Source: the human T2T-CHM13v2.0 reference genome, Homo sapiens. From it: a stretch of 64,000 nt of DNA. Positions 32,765 to 50,345 of the stretch are shown here, in pieces. The notes beneath the pieces were generated by a model. The model had not been told where the DNA came from, made no database searches, and was given only the letters and a program-made list of their open reading frames with translations. The stretch lies in NCBI RefSeq assembly GCF_009914755.1, contig NC_060947.1; one strand, given 5' to 3'. A program made the position numbers and the translations under genes. The first letter of the stretch is position 1. Each line of letters begins with the position of its first letter.

Positions 32765-34819
32765 AAGAGTACTTTAAGCCAACTAAAAGGCGAGATTGTC
32801 AACAGAGCCTAGGAGTCTGAGAAGTTTGAGATAAGCGATGGTGATACAAACATCATTAGCACTGAGTCTTTTAGAATACATATTCTATAGCTCTCCAGCA
32901 AACCAAGTCTTCACATGAGGAAGTCACTGAGGCAGCAGGTAGATGCCATGGTCCTGGTCATCAAGGAGGCCCTACATTCACTTCTGCTTGCTAATGGCAT
33001 CTCTTTGGGCAAGCTCTGAACCTCTCCCTAAGCAACATCTGTCCTTCAGGCTTAGCCAGCCAGAGTAGCTATGCCACGGCCTAAGGGCAGGGCAATTAAG
33101 ATTCGTTATGTCACATCAAGAGAAGAATTCCAAATACTGGGCCCTCCACCAACAATGCAGCATCCTCACCCTCCCACTTCAAGCCCTGAAATGTTTTCAG
33201 TAAAAATAACTAGCTAATCATAACTGCTAGGAAGGATAGGGATAATCTCAGTGAGGTCACAACGAGCTAAAAATAAGTCTTTTGAGATCAAAGAGTTACA
33301 CTAAGAAGGAGACAGAAAATTCAGGATATAATAACTAATCTTATATCCTTCTGTTCTTTCTGAACCTCAATTGGGGCTTGGATGCTGGGATATTGGGATG
33401 AAGGTGTTTGTCCCAAGGCCAAGCCGTATGCTGAATCAATTCCTAGTTCTACACAGGAAAGAAGCATCATTTTAGTCTCAGATAAATTAATAGTACGCAG
33501 CTAAATAACTCAAAACAGAAAAGTCATCATAGTGACAGAGTTGTAAAAGCCAGTTGCAGGAAATTGCACAAAATAAGCAGAATAAATATTACTGGAGTGA
33601 ATTGGATGTTTTATGCAACAACCACCTGACACTCCAACTTTCTTTCAAATTTCACTTTTCCTCCCCTCTCTTTTTTGCCAGATGAATGTACTTCCAGCTG
33701 GACTTAAGAGAAGCAACGGTGTCAAACAACGACTCATTAAGAAATACACACCTGTCATAAACGCAAGACCCTCTCAGGGGAGATATTGAATTGTGTTCCC
33801 TGCTTCCTATGAAAAGGTGCAATGAAAAAAAAAATTAACTATCAACTACCAGATGTTTCTAGCATCTCTATTAGTTTGAGAAAGATGAAACAATTGCTGC
33901 ATTGTACAGATGTGTAACTCACAGAAGTATTTTGGATGTGGGAGGAAGGCTCAACTAAATGTGTCTTGAGAATAATTGATCTTTTCTTTTTGGCACTGCT
34001 TCATAATAACAGGAAGAAATCTCCTCCTCTCCTTGAATTGACACATTTTTTACCAACACTAAGAATAAATGAACATATATTTAAAGGTGCAAGCATATGG
34101 ATATGCATTTTTCAGTCTGACTTTGCTTCACTGCATCAATTATAATTATCTTGAACTTCCTGGTGACACTCATACATGCACGTTTCATGATTTGAAAGCT
34201 TTCTAGTTGTAGAAAGCTGTAAGTACTGTAAATCCCATTCTCCAAATAGTAAGAATGGAGTCTGGTGAGGAGAGGTTGTGTGGTCAATGGTATAGAGAAG
34301 GACAGAGCTAAAACTATTAGAGCCTATGCTCTATAACTATTAAGAGACAATATATACAAAATGTTTGAGTTACTCTTGTCCTCACAAGCAATGCTCGATG
34401 TTCTAGTATATGGAGAAGTCATCAATATGTGCTATTCAAGAAAAGGGTCAGGAGTACACAGTGGCAACAGCCTCAACTTCTGCCTATGGTTCCACATTAT
34501 TGCATCTCCCAAGTGAATGGGCTTTGGCTTCAGCCCCTTGTCATCTCAGTGCCACAGGAGAGCTAAAGAAGGGAAAGCAGAGGGGGAATGCCATTTTATG
34601 TCATGGAGTACAGGGCTCACAAACAGGCTTTAGCTCAACATGCCAAATCTGATGGATTTTCTCTAGTGGCTGTCCTGGCTCTAACTGGAAAAGGATTCTG
34701 AGGTTGTATCTGGGCTTAGGCAGGAAGAGAGGTGAAATCTATTAGCAACATTTGCCAGTACTTTGGAAGGAGATGCTATCAGCTCATGAGGAATTTTCCA
34801 GCTTGGGGCCCTGTAACAG

Positions 34820-35040
34820 TTAAAAGTGTGGACTTTGAGGCCAAACTGATCTAGGTTCAAATACCACAGCTATACTACCTACAATCTCTGTCACACTGGG
34901 AAATTTACTTAACCTCCCTAAGATTCGATTTTCTCCTCTCTCAAGTAGGGATAACTAATATTATCCAAAAGAGCTGATATAAAGATTAAATAAAATAATG
35001 TATGGAAAGTGTCTTGCTGATTTCATGCTATAGAGTAAAA
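34820..35040 (+). mobile_element. MIR, followed by a decayed (TAG/CAG)-like simple repeat to about 35185
   Basis: 'gactttgaggccaaactgatctaggttcaaat...tttacttaacctc...aagattaaataaaataatgtatggaaagtg'. Confidence 0.7.
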
Positions 35041-35246
35041 GCTACCAGAATGACAACTGTGGCTATGATAGTCATAGTATCCCTAGCCACAGTAGTAGCA
35101 GTAGCAGAAGTATCAGCACTAAGTTGATAGTATCAGCAGCAACAGTCTCATAGTTATGGTAACAGTAGTAACAGTCGTAATATTAGTACAAAAGTAATTT
35201 AAGGACAGGCCTGATTTTTTTTCTGGTATGGATTAGACATGAAAAT

Positions 35247-35250
<4 letters not shown>

Positions 35251-35286
<36 letters not shown>
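35251..35286. repeat. (GA)18 microsatellite
   Basis: Direct reading. Confidence 0.97.
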
Positions 35287-35289
<3 letters not shown>

Positions 35290-36480
35290 TGCACCATGTT
35301 CTGATTAGCTAAGTAAACTGGAATCAGAAGCCACCTCTGGAGCTTATAGTCCACAGGTAGGTAATCATCATTCAGTTGAGGTGACTCCCTCAGCCCTAGA
35401 GAGGTTTGCTTTTCTCTCTTGGTGCTCTCAGTAGTGTGGCATGTGCCATATATATTGTACTGAAACTGTGCTGACACTCCTGAGGCGAAGGGTATAGCTT
35501 GAGCTCTCCAAGAAAGAGATGAGGCAATGATGTGTGGTCAGGTATTACTGAAAATATTTCAAAGGCAAAGAAAACAGAAATGGAGGGATGGCTACTGTCC
35601 CTTGAGCCAATTCATTATCCCACTGGTACTGGCCCTTATGATCCTGCTTTTTGAGTGGCACCGAACGGTGAGTTATCATGTGTCTTGAAGAGTTGAGAGA
35701 ATGTGTGATGAGTAAGAAAAACGGAGTTCAGGAGCAGTTCAATGTTGAGAACACAGGTGGTGACTATGTTCCCTTTGGATTCTGGAGCCACTAAGTGTAA
35801 CAGAGTAGGTTTCAGAGAATCAAAGATCATGGATGTTTTACAAAGGCTCTGTGCTTCAGTTAAAAGACAGTTCAATTTGTTAGAGAAATAATGGCCAGCT
35901 TCACACAAATAGTGGAAAAAGAACAAATTCAGGAGGAGGAGTTTAAAAGAATTTTAAAGAGCACTTTCGGTGGAATACTAAAGGAATAGCAGCTATAGGT
36001 CATAGACTTTTATTCCTGGAATAAACCTTTGAGATCATTTAATCCAACATCATTATTTACAGATTAATAAACGCACATCTTGTGAATAACAGCATGCGGA
36101 AAGAGCTTTTAAAATCAGGAGTTATTGTACTAAAGAGAGAGAAGGAGTCCAGAAATGGACACGCAGACTGTGGCGTCATCTAAGTACAAGTAGTAATTGA
36201 ACTCATCTATGATGATACAGAGGGAAGAGATCCATTTCAGCTTCCAAGCAAAACATATAGACAGTGACACACCCATAATGAAATGGCCAAATGGATACCA
36301 CCCAAACATAGATAACTATATGGCCCAAACAATGTGAATAAATTGAGGAAATTGGATGGCTATATTTCACATTTTTTGGCGTATCAAGTGAACTTTAATT
36401 ACTTTTTGCTCCTGGGATAAATTTTTCTATCTCTCAAAGATTCTTAAGGAAAGAAAGGCAGATTCAAAATTTGCAGTGTT

Positions 36481-36733
36481 TTTGGGAGGCCGAGGTAGGC
36501 AGATCACTTGAGGCCAGGAGTTGAAGACCAGCCTAGCCAACATGGTGAATCCACTCTACTAAAAATACAAAAATTAGCTAGGCACACCTGTAGTCCCAGC
36601 TACTCGGGGTATGAGAATTGCTTGAACCCAGGAGGCAGAGGTTGCAGTGAGCTGAGATCCCGCCACTGCACTTCAGCTTGGGCAACAGAGCGAGACTCAG
36701 TCTCAAAAATAAATAAATAATAAATAAATAAAT
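36481..36733 (+). mobile_element. 5'-truncated AluS with internal deletions
   Basis: Begins at 'tttgggaggccgagg', so the Pol III A-box region is missing; (AAAT)n tail. Confidence 0.9.
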
Positions 36734-37728
36734 ATTTTTTAAAAATTGTACAATGTGATACCATTTGGCCAAAACATATAAATACATAAAGAAAAAAGAG
36801 TATAAGAAAGGTTAAATAGGTCTAGTGGTGAACCAAATACTTATGATTACATTAAAGAATGCAAAAATAATCATTCTTGAAAGCAAAGCTAAATGAGTTA
36901 AAATAGTATTTAATATTAAACAATATGGATCTACAGTGACAAATAATTCCAACAAAATTCATAAGATGGGTCTACAAGAGGGAGGAATGAAAAAGAAGCT
37001 AATGACCTCAATTTAGATGGGATTCAAATAATTGCATTTATTTTGTGACACTGATAATTAGAGATATACAGGTTGCACATATTCTATAATTTAACAGTGA
37101 AATCATAATAAAAAATACATTCAGTGTTTCTAGAGACAAAGCAGCCCAAAAAATAACTAGTAGTAGTTATGAGCACTGACTACTAATGTATCAGGTACTT
37201 TTAAAACATTTATTCCTACAACCCTCTCGATAACCCTACCAAATGGGTACTATTTTTATCCCTATTTTTCAAGTTTTAAAAATGAGGATATTTAGGCACA
37301 AAGAATTTAAGAGCTTCTGATTCTTGAAATATTGAAATGGGACCCATGCCCGACTAGGCATATGCTTGAGCTTATGGTCTTAACCAATATTCTACACATG
37401 GATCAAAAGATGAACACCAGTAAGAATACTAGGAAGCTGTTTAAAAAAAATAAATGAAGACATCAGAAGATAAAATATATTAGTATGAAAATTAACAAAT
37501 TTGTTAAACTAATTTAAAAATATTTTAGCAATAGAATTATATATTATTTAGAAGAGATAATATATAGAACAAAATGTTCAGAAGTATTAAAAATAAAAGG
37601 ATGGCAAATATGTATCAGGAAATTGAAAGAAAAAATAGAAAGCATTAAATGCAGATTGCAATAAATAAAAAATAAAGCAACACTACACTAATCAAAGGTA
37701 TAATCCACAATAAAATATAATAGTCAAG

Positions 37729-37936
37729 CAATGCTGTCCAATAGAACTTTCTATGACAATGGAAATGTTCTATACTTGTTCAGTCCAAAATGGTAGCTAC
37801 TAGGCACATGGGGTTTTTGAGCACTGGAAATTCAACTAGAGTATCATATAAACTGAATTTAAAATTTTATTTAATTCTAATTAATTTAAATGTAAAAAGT
37901 CACATGTGGTGAGTGCCTACCATAATGGACAGTGTA
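37729..37936. mobile_element. MER3-like hAT-Charlie element
   Basis: 'gctgtccaatagaactttct...ttaatttaaat...cacatgtgg...ccataatggacag' with inverted termini. Confidence 0.8.
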
Positions 37937-38712
37937 TGTCTAGGTCTCTGTAGAAATATATATGAAGTAATGTTGCTACAATTAAACAGAGTTTAAGAGA
38001 AGCATATTTCAGTGTTTTATTATAAAACAATTCTGAAATATTCAATAGACCAAAACAAAATACAATATAGAAAAACTGAATAATTTAATTGCTAAAATTA
38101 CTTAATAGTTACATATAGAACTTTGCCTCAAGGAATGTGTATTCACATTCAAGGATGTTTACAAATTGTCACCCACAAATAGCCTATTTTTAGATTTCCC
38201 CAAAGTAGACATTTTACCAGCTACAATGTAATGACTTAGAAATTTATAACAAAATTTTAGGCAAATATACACCAACAAAAAAAAAAACAAATTGGAAATT
38301 TTAGAAGCATTAATCTAAATTTGTGCACGTATATAATGTAAATAAGCTCTACAATTAAAGACAATTACAACATATCAAGATAAACAGGTTGTGGTAAAAT
38401 TGTACACAAAGGTAACTTCATAACATTTTATTGAAATTAATCAATAAAATAGTGGAAATAAATGAGCTAAGTCACTTACTAAGAGAACAAGATTATAAGA
38501 AAAGTCAAGAAAGGAAATAATAAAGATAAAAGGCAAAATTAATGAATTGGAAAATAGAACAAAGTAATAATTTCAAAACCAAATACCTGAGAAATTGAAA
38601 GATTAAAAAAAAATACAGGAAAACCCTCAGTATAGTTTTAGGAAACAAAACTGAGAAATATCAAACACCAAAATGTAGAAATGAGAAAGGGAATATAAAA
38701 AACAGTCATGGA

Positions 38713-39033
<321 letters not shown>

Positions 39034-39447
39034 GCAGTCACAGAGATGCTTTTAAAAATATTATTATAATCATATGCTAAAACATTTTGAAATCTGACTA
39101 AATGGATTATTTCTAGCAAAGTAAAAGTTACCAACATTGACTTGAGAAGAAATAAGAAAACTTCTGGCTATAACAGTAACTTCTAAAACTATGATTATTA
39201 CAAATTATCTCCAAAAAATCCACCATGTCCATAGAGCTTTACAGATGAGTTCTATCAAGTTTTCAAGAGACAGAATACTGTTGCTCTAGAAACATTTCAG
39301 ACCATGAGAAATGTAGAAACGTAAGACTGATTAAAAATCTGACAAGGAAAGATTATAGAAAAAATGATAGACTAAGCTATTCTTAAATTCATAGGCAAAA
39401 ATCAACATTGAATTGAAGCAAATCAAGACTATTAAGACAGCTGCTGA

Positions 39448-39765
39448 GGCCAGGCCTGGTGGCTCACTCCTATTAATCCCAGCACTTTGGAAGGCCAAGG
39501 CAGGGGGATTGCTTGAGCCCAGGAGTTCAAGACCAGCCTGGGCAACACAGTGAGACCTCCTCACTACTAAAATGTTAAAAAAGTAGCCAGGCATGGTGGC
39601 ACACACCTGTAGTTCTAGCTACTCAGCAGGTTGACGTGGGAGGACGACTTGACTCTAGGAGGTGGAGGCTGCATTGAGCCATGTTCGTGCCATTGCACTC
39701 CAGCCTGGGCAATAGAGTGAGACCCTGTCTCAAAAACAAAAAAACAAACAAACAAAAAAAAACCA
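39448..39765 (+). mobile_element. AluJ
   Basis: J-type 'ggattgcttgagcccaggagttcaagaccagcctgggcaac'; (AAAC)n tail. Confidence 0.93.
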
Positions 39766-39924
39766 CCAAACGATCTGCTGTATATTGAAAAATGACACAC
39801 CTTGGAAACATAAAATTTACCTAGGATTTAGTACTAGAAATTTTACTACTTTGATTAAGCACTTGAATATGTCAAAGGAGAAAAATATTATTTCAAGTAG
39901 ATACTAAACAAACATTTGTGTACA

Positions 39925-40765
39925 AAAGATTTGAAAAGACACTTCAAAAGTAAAATATACAGAGAGCAAAAAAAAAACCCATAAAAAGGTGCTTGACATC
40001 ACTAGTCATTAAGGAAATGCTAATCAAAATTACAATGGGACACAATTACACACCTATTAAAATAACTAAATTTTAAAAATTAACCATACCAGGTGTTGGT
40101 GGTGAGAATGCAGAGAAACTGGAACTCTCACAGACTGCTGGTGGGAGTATAAAATGGCACAACCACTTTGGAAAACAATTTGGCAGGTCCTTTAAAAGTT
40201 AATTATACATCTCCCATACACTCCAGCCATTCCAAGAGAAAAGAAAGTATATATCCATAAGAAAGACTTACACATAAATTACCAACCCAGTTTTCAATAG
40301 TCCAAAACTGGAATCAGCCCAAACGTCCATTAGTGGTTGGATAGATAAACAAATTGTGGCATACCCATACAATGGAACACTATTCAGCAATAAAAAGGAA
40401 TTAATTACTTATATAAGCAACCATATAGGTGAACCCAAAATAATTATCCTGAAAGAAGCCAGACTAAAAGAGAGTACACACTGTATAATTCAATTTATAT
40501 GAAATTCTAGAAATTACAAACTAGTCTATAATGACAGAAAGCATGTCAGTGGTTGCTTGGGGATAGGAGACAGAGAGGGGCTAGAGGGAGGGGTTGAAAA
40601 ACACAAGGTAACTTTTGGAGGTGATGAGTATATTCATCATGTTGATTTTAATGATAATTTCACAGGTGTATACATATGTCAAAAGTTACCTAATTATACA
40701 GTTTAACTGTGTGTACTTCATTGTGTGTCAATTGTACCTTTTAACAAAAGGATGGAAGTGAAAGA
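39925..40765 (+). mobile_element. L1MC/MD 3' end
   Basis: ORF2-end-like 'gaaatgctaatcaaaattacaatgggacac...ctttggaaaacaatttggcag' and 3' UTR 'ggaggtgatgagtatattcatcatgttga'. Confidence 0.8.
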
Positions 40766-41597
40766 ATAAAAAAAGATTTAACAGAAACATTCTGAAAGAA
40801 CACTAGTACACACTAGCTAGAATAGACTTGACAGCAAAAGAGATTTCAAGGTAAAGAGGCTCTTCATAAAGTGGTAAATGAAAAATTCACCAGGAATATG
40901 TAAAGATCCCAAATGTGTGTGCATTCAACAGAGTAGCATCAAAATATATAAAGCAAAAAATGGAAAGTACTACTAGGAGAAATTGTGGAAATGATACTCA
41001 TAGTAATACAAAGGAAGATGACTCTCTCAGAAATCAAGTATATAGCAAGGAAATAGAAGACTTTGACAACACAATTAACAAACCTTAATTAATTGAAACA
41101 GAAAATTTCTGCACCCACCTAAGACAATTGAGCTTATTTTCAAATATTCATGGAACATTTACAATAATGACCATGTAATAGTTCACGAAGAATATCTCAA
41201 CACCAAAGAACTAATATCATACAGCCCATGTTTTCTAATCACAATTCAGTAACATACAGCTAAAAAATCGTATTTAAATAATAATAAAAATACAGTAGGG
41301 ATCTAAAAATCACACATCGAGTTTCCAATCACACATATCAGCCTAGATACACACATGTTCACCTCTATACCTTCCCCAAACACTATTAAAATTACAGGGA
41401 TATAAAAAGGCCAAAACTCACAAAGATAAAGAACTAGGGGGAAAAAAGCCACAGCCACTGTATTTTGGAAGCAGAAATAGAGATGAAATTTACAATGGTA
41501 ATAAGAAAAACCCCAAAGCAGGACGATTCATACCATAGAACTCCGGAATCACTCAGGAATTAGAACCACTGGTTACCTTTAAAATCGGGTTACAGGT

Positions 41598-44883
<3,286 letters not shown>

Positions 44884-44902
44884 AAATTGGGTTACAGGTA
44901 AA

Positions 44903-45865
44903 ATTGAAAATAGCACACAAATTAGCTGCATTTTAAAAAGCAGTTAGGGACATGTATCTCTTCCCTAACTCAAACAATCTGGAAACTACTCCCATTTCAG
45001 TAAAAGTCTGCAGACCTATTCTCTGGCAGTGATGAATCAAAGGAACCCTGGACTTGCGGCTGGTCAGAGAAAAGGATGCTGCACTGTAGACAGAACAATA
45101 AAGTAAAAATCTACTGCCTGATGAGTGAGATCCCACTGAGAAGCCAGCATTAAATATCCCAGGAGGGAGATGGAAAACTTCTCCCTGGGAAACTGAGCTC
45201 AAAGAAGAGGCTCAAAGCTACTGAGATTTGTACCCCCCACCTGACCCAGATAACTCATCCCAGTGATCCTACATTAAAGTCCACACTCTATAAGGCCCTC
45301 CTCCCCCAACATCCACACAGGAATCCAGAGCTATCAATTAGCTCTTTTTTACATGGTGGAAGCAAAGGATCCTCAGACCTTCGAGAAAGCCTCTAATGTG
45401 AGTGATAGGTGAATACCAAAGAGGAATTGAAGAAAATAGAAGTAAATCAGTGAGAAGATACTTCAAAAAACTATAATATCATCCAAGAGATAAAAAAGAT
45501 ATGGCATTCAGGAAAGTAGAACAGGGTTTTATTTTTAAAAAGAAAGAAATAAAAATCAGATCATAGAAATTAAAATCATGATAACAGTAATTAAAATGTA
45601 GGAGAAGGATTAGAAATTTAGAAGAAGGATTAGAAGTTGACAATCTTGACCAGAAATTAAAACAAACAATTGGGAAAACTAGAGAGGAAGAGAAAAACAT
45701 TAGAAAATAAGTTTAAGAGGTCTAAAATCCAAATTATTAGAAATTTCAGAAAGAGAGCAGAGAATAGTGTAGGGAGAAAAGTATATAAGAAATAATACAA
45801 AAATAAATTTCCTAAAATTTAAGAAATTTCCAGATTAAAAATTCCTGTCAAGTACCCAACACAAC
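44903..45865 (+). mobile_element. Ancient L1M 5' UTR/ORF1 remnant (continues the sequence at about 41330-41580)
   Basis: ORF1-like A-rich heptad remnants and 'aggtctaaaatccaaattattagaaatttcagaaagagagcagagaa...tttccagattaaaa'. Confidence 0.55.
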
Positions 45866-46092
45866 AGAGTCCTTCAGTGAGGTTAAGTACTACTCTGTTT
45901 TATTATATGGCTACAACATGGTGTACCATTAATAGTTAACTATATACCAGCAAGAAATACAGATAGAGATATTCCTGTCAAGGACCATCAAGATACATGA
46001 GGAAAGCATCCCAGAGCATCTTTGTATCATTATAGGATCAACTTCCCTATGTCACCATGAGGAAATACTCATAGAAATGTTCTGCCATATAA

Positions 46093-46392
46093 TAAAAAAA
46101 GGACAAATACCATATGATTTCACTCATATGAGGTACTTATGGTATTCAAAATCATAGAGATAGAAAGTGGAATGGTGGCTGCCAAAACCTTGCTGGGAGG
46201 AAAGAAGGACAAGTTGTGTTTAATGGGTACAGAGTTTCAGTTTTGCCAGATGAGAAAAGTTCTGGAAATGGATGGGGATGGTGGTTGCACAACGATGCGA
46301 ATGTATTTAATGCGACTACACTGTACACTTAAAAGGATTAAAATAGTAAATTTTGTTACACATATTTTACCACAATTAAAAAGCATTAAATA
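46093..46392 (+). mobile_element. L1MB 3' end
   Basis: 'aaggacaaataccatatgatttcactcatatgaggtac...gtttaatgggtacagagtttcagtttt...ttttaccacaatt'. Confidence 0.85.
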
Positions 46393-47224
46393 AGGTATTT
46401 GGGAGTTATTGGGAAGCAAAACATTCAAAATTTTTTCTTTTGTAAAATAAGGAAAGAATGAAAGAACACTTCTATTTAACATTCTCAACTGCATATATAT
46501 TGATGTGCACACACATAAAAACATAATGTGTGTATAGCATTTTTCACTCAATATTTAACTTTGTTATTTCATACTGACTCCAAATTCATAGGTGTTTATG
46601 CAGATAATCACATGACTACATATAGTAACTCAGACTGTAATTTTACTAAAAATGGCTTTATGTTCATGGGTGGTTATACTTAACCTAGCATCTTTTGTCT
46701 TATAATTACATAGCTTAAAATAAATGACTAATGTGCAGACATTAAAAATGAAAAACAGAAATATAGCTGGGTGGTCAGACAAGCTTTGCATTATTTAAAG
46801 AGAATGTTCCGGAATGGTAAATTTATAATAGCATATGTTCAGAATACAAAACAATGAAAAATATCCCCCCTTTATAGTTTTCTGCTTACAAACATCTCTT
46901 CTTATCTCTCTCTTCTCCTATTATCCTCTTATCGGGTTAGAAACAAACTTTGAAAAGTTATCTTCTACTCTATCACAGCTTTGAATGAGGATCAGTATTA
47001 CACCATACTATTTATAGCCTCTAAGCAGGGAGATTTTCTGAGCTCGCTGATAACTTAGGTCTGCTTGAACTATCTTCTCTTAAGTAATCAAAGCTCTTTA
47101 TTTCTTTCCCACTTTGCATTTAGTGGAAAAAGAAACAGTTGAAGTCTATGTTTTAGGTTCAAATTATTTTTTAATGTACTCATTGAAGAAACATTTTAAA
47201 GTAGATTATCGCTAAAAACAATAG

Positions 47225-47640
47225 TCTTGTATACCATATGAAACCATGTATGTGCCATTCTAGATAAGGAAAAACTTTCGTTGACAGAGAAAAGATCAGT
47301 AGCAGTTGTCTGGGGTCAGGGGTGAGAAGAGGAGATTCACTGTGAAAGGCCATAAGGGAACTTCTTAAAAAAAAAAAAATTCAGTAGTTTTAGTAGTACA
47401 AGCGCTTTTTGGTTACATGGATAAATTGCACAATGGTGAAGTCTGGGCTTTACTGTATACCCATCACCTGAAGAGTGTACATTGTACCCAATAGGTAATT
47501 TTTCATCCCTCACATGGAACTTCTTGATTGAGGTGCTGGTAACCAATTGTACACAATACCACAATGTATCACATTGTACACTAAAAATGGGTGAATTTTA
47601 TTGTGTGTAAATAATATCTTAATTTTAAGAATTGCTTTGT
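47225..47640 (+). mobile_element. L1M 3' fragment, host of the nested L1PB tip
   Basis: 'gatcagtagcagttgtctggggtcagggg...aaaatgggtgaattttattgtgtgtaaat'. Confidence 0.6.
47367..47513 (-). mobile_element. L1PB3/4-like 3' tip with 10-bp TSD
   Basis: 'tttttggttacatggataaattgcacaatggtgaagtctggg...gtacccaataggtaatttttcatccctcac'; TSD ggaacttctt at 47357-47366 and 47516-47525. Confidence 0.85.
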
Positions 47641-47995
47641 TAAAAAAATACCAACCCTGTAGTCTCACTACTAAAACACTATCAGTATTAATACATTGGT
47701 GTGTTTTCCAACACCATTTCTCACAGACACTTATTTCTTCATTTGTAAACATAATTTGGATGATATAGTTTTTTGTAGCTTGTTTTTATTGTAAGCACTT
47801 GTTACATTACATGGTCTTGGAAAACAATCATTTTCAATGGCTACCTAATATTCAATCAAGTAATAGGAATTACTGAATGGTCAAAACTATTTAACCACTT
47901 GTCTATTGATAGCCACATTGGTTGTCACCAATTATTTAGTTACATAACTATTACTGAGAAAAAAATTTTGTGCACGAAGTTCTTTTTTTCTATAG

Positions 47996-48361
<366 letters not shown>

Positions 48362-49160
48362 AGGTATAAACAGTTTTAAGGCTCTTGCCAAACTCTAGAT
48401 TCTTGCCAAAAAAGCCATACTAATTTACACTGCTTCCAGCAACGCTTAATGACCTTGTCACCTCCCCAGAGTTGGATATATTATTTTTTTAATCTTAAAG
48501 ACTTCCTAATGACCTCTCCCCACAACCTTTCAGCCATAATTACCTCCTCCATTTTTGTGTGTGTGTGTGTCAAGCTTTTAACAACTTTTCCTTTTTTGGT
48601 CCCTTTCATTCCTCATTTTCTCTTCCTTCTTCCCTCCTCTCATCCACCAGGTCCCCTTACCTCTCCCACTGGTTTCTACTATAATTGATGTTTTTCTTCC
48701 TTATTGAGTGGAAAACCTCCACTGTAATATAAATTGGGAAGGAAGCTGTTGCTTTGACCAAAACAGAACTTAAGGCATGAGAAAAACCAAAACAAAACAG
48801 CTCTTCCCTGGAACATAGCATGGCCAGAGAAACCAAAAGCATTTCAAAACCAAACTGGAGTGTCAGAGACCAGATATTGAAGACTGTCTTAGGGAGAGGG
48901 AGTCTGGGAGGGCAGAGCACTCAAGGAGACAGATGTGAAAGCTGTCAAACTTCCTGACTACATTCCTACATCAGGGGATAATGCTTGAAGGACAGCAAAC
49001 CTTAGTCTGATGGTTATATCTTCCCAGATGTAGAGACACAGGTTCTGACTGTGTCAGGGTCCATGGCCCCTGGACCTTTATATTGAGGCACCTGACCTGC
49101 TCTCAGGGTTGCATGACCCCTTGAATAACAGAGGGAAGTGTTAAGGGCAACATGATTTTG

Positions 49161-50188
49161 TGTCATGGGAAGTCAGGGACCCCGAACAGAGGGACCAGCT
49201 GAAGCCACAGCAGAAGAACATAAATTGGGAAGATTTCATGGACATTTATTAGTTCCCCAAATTAATACTTTTATAATTTCTTACACCTGTCTTTACTGCA
49301 ATCTCTGAACATAAATTGTGAAGATTTCATGGACATTTATCACTTCCCCAATCAATATTCTTGTGATTTCCTATGCCTGTCTTTACTTTAATCTCTTAAT
49401 CCTGTCATCTTCATAAACTGAGGAGGTATGTTGCCTCAGGACCCTGTGATGATTGTGTTAACTGCACAAATTGTTTAAACAATATGAAATCTGGGCACCT
49501 TAAGAACAGGATAACAGCGATTTTCAGGAACAAGGGAGATAATCTTAAAGTCTGGCTGCCTGTGGGCTGGGCAGGACAGAGCCATATTTCTCTTATTACC
49601 GAAAACAGGTAAGAGAAATATCACTGAATTCTTTCCCCAGTAAGGAATATTAATAATTAACAGCCCTGGGAAAAGAATGCATTCCCAGAGGGGGCCTCTA
49701 AAATGGCCGTCCTGGGAGTGTCTGCCTTATGCAGCTGTAGATAGGGATGAAACACGCCCTAGTCTCGTGCAGCGCCCCCAGGCTTGCTAGGATTAGGAAA
49801 TTCCAGCCTGGCGAATTCTAGTCAGACCAGTTCTCTGCTCTTGAACCCTGACAATGCGTGCACAGCGGGACATGGAAGTTCATTAGTGATTCTAGTTTCG
49901 CCCTGACCTTCTGCCTTGTGATCTTTTGTTGCCCTTGAAGCATGTGATCTCTGTGACCCACACCCTATTCATGCACTCCCTCCCTTTTGAAAATTGCTAA
50001 CAAAAACTTGCTGGTTTTATGGCTCAGGGGGCATCACGGAACCTGCCGGCATGTGATATCTCCCTCAGACACCCAGCTTTAAAATTTCTCTCTTTTGTAC
50101 TCTTTCCCTTTATTTCTCAGACCGGCCGACACTTAGGGAAAATAGAAAAGGATCCACGTTGAATTATCAGGGGCGGGTTCCCCTGATA
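49161..50188 (+). mobile_element. MER11 solo LTR (HERV-K11/HML-8)
   Basis: Starts 'tgtcatgggaagtcagggaccccgaac', contains the internal repeat 'gaacataaattg(g/t)gaagatttcatggacatttat' twice and ends 'gggcgggttcccctgata'. 6-bp TSD a(t/g)tttg. Confidence 0.93.
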
Positions 50189-50211
50189 AGTTTGTGAAGG
50201 ATTCAAGGATT

Positions 50212-50345
50212 CCAGCATGGTGTAGTGAAAGGAGCATGGACCTTTGAGGCAGACAGACCAGGTCTGACTTTGTAGTTCACCACTTACTAGTTCTTACACA
50301 TGTTACTTACTTTCTCTGAACCTCTGTTTCCTCATCTGTGAAATA
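50212..50345 (+). mobile_element. MIR
   Basis: 'gcatggtgtagtgaaaggagcatggacctttgaggcagacagacc...ctctgtttcctcatctgtgaaat'. Confidence 0.8.

Noticed and set aside
49216-49340. Direct repeats resembling a CRISPR-like repeat-spacer unit
   Set aside because: Only two copies, they are an intrinsic feature of MER11 LTRs, and the DNA is eukaryotic.
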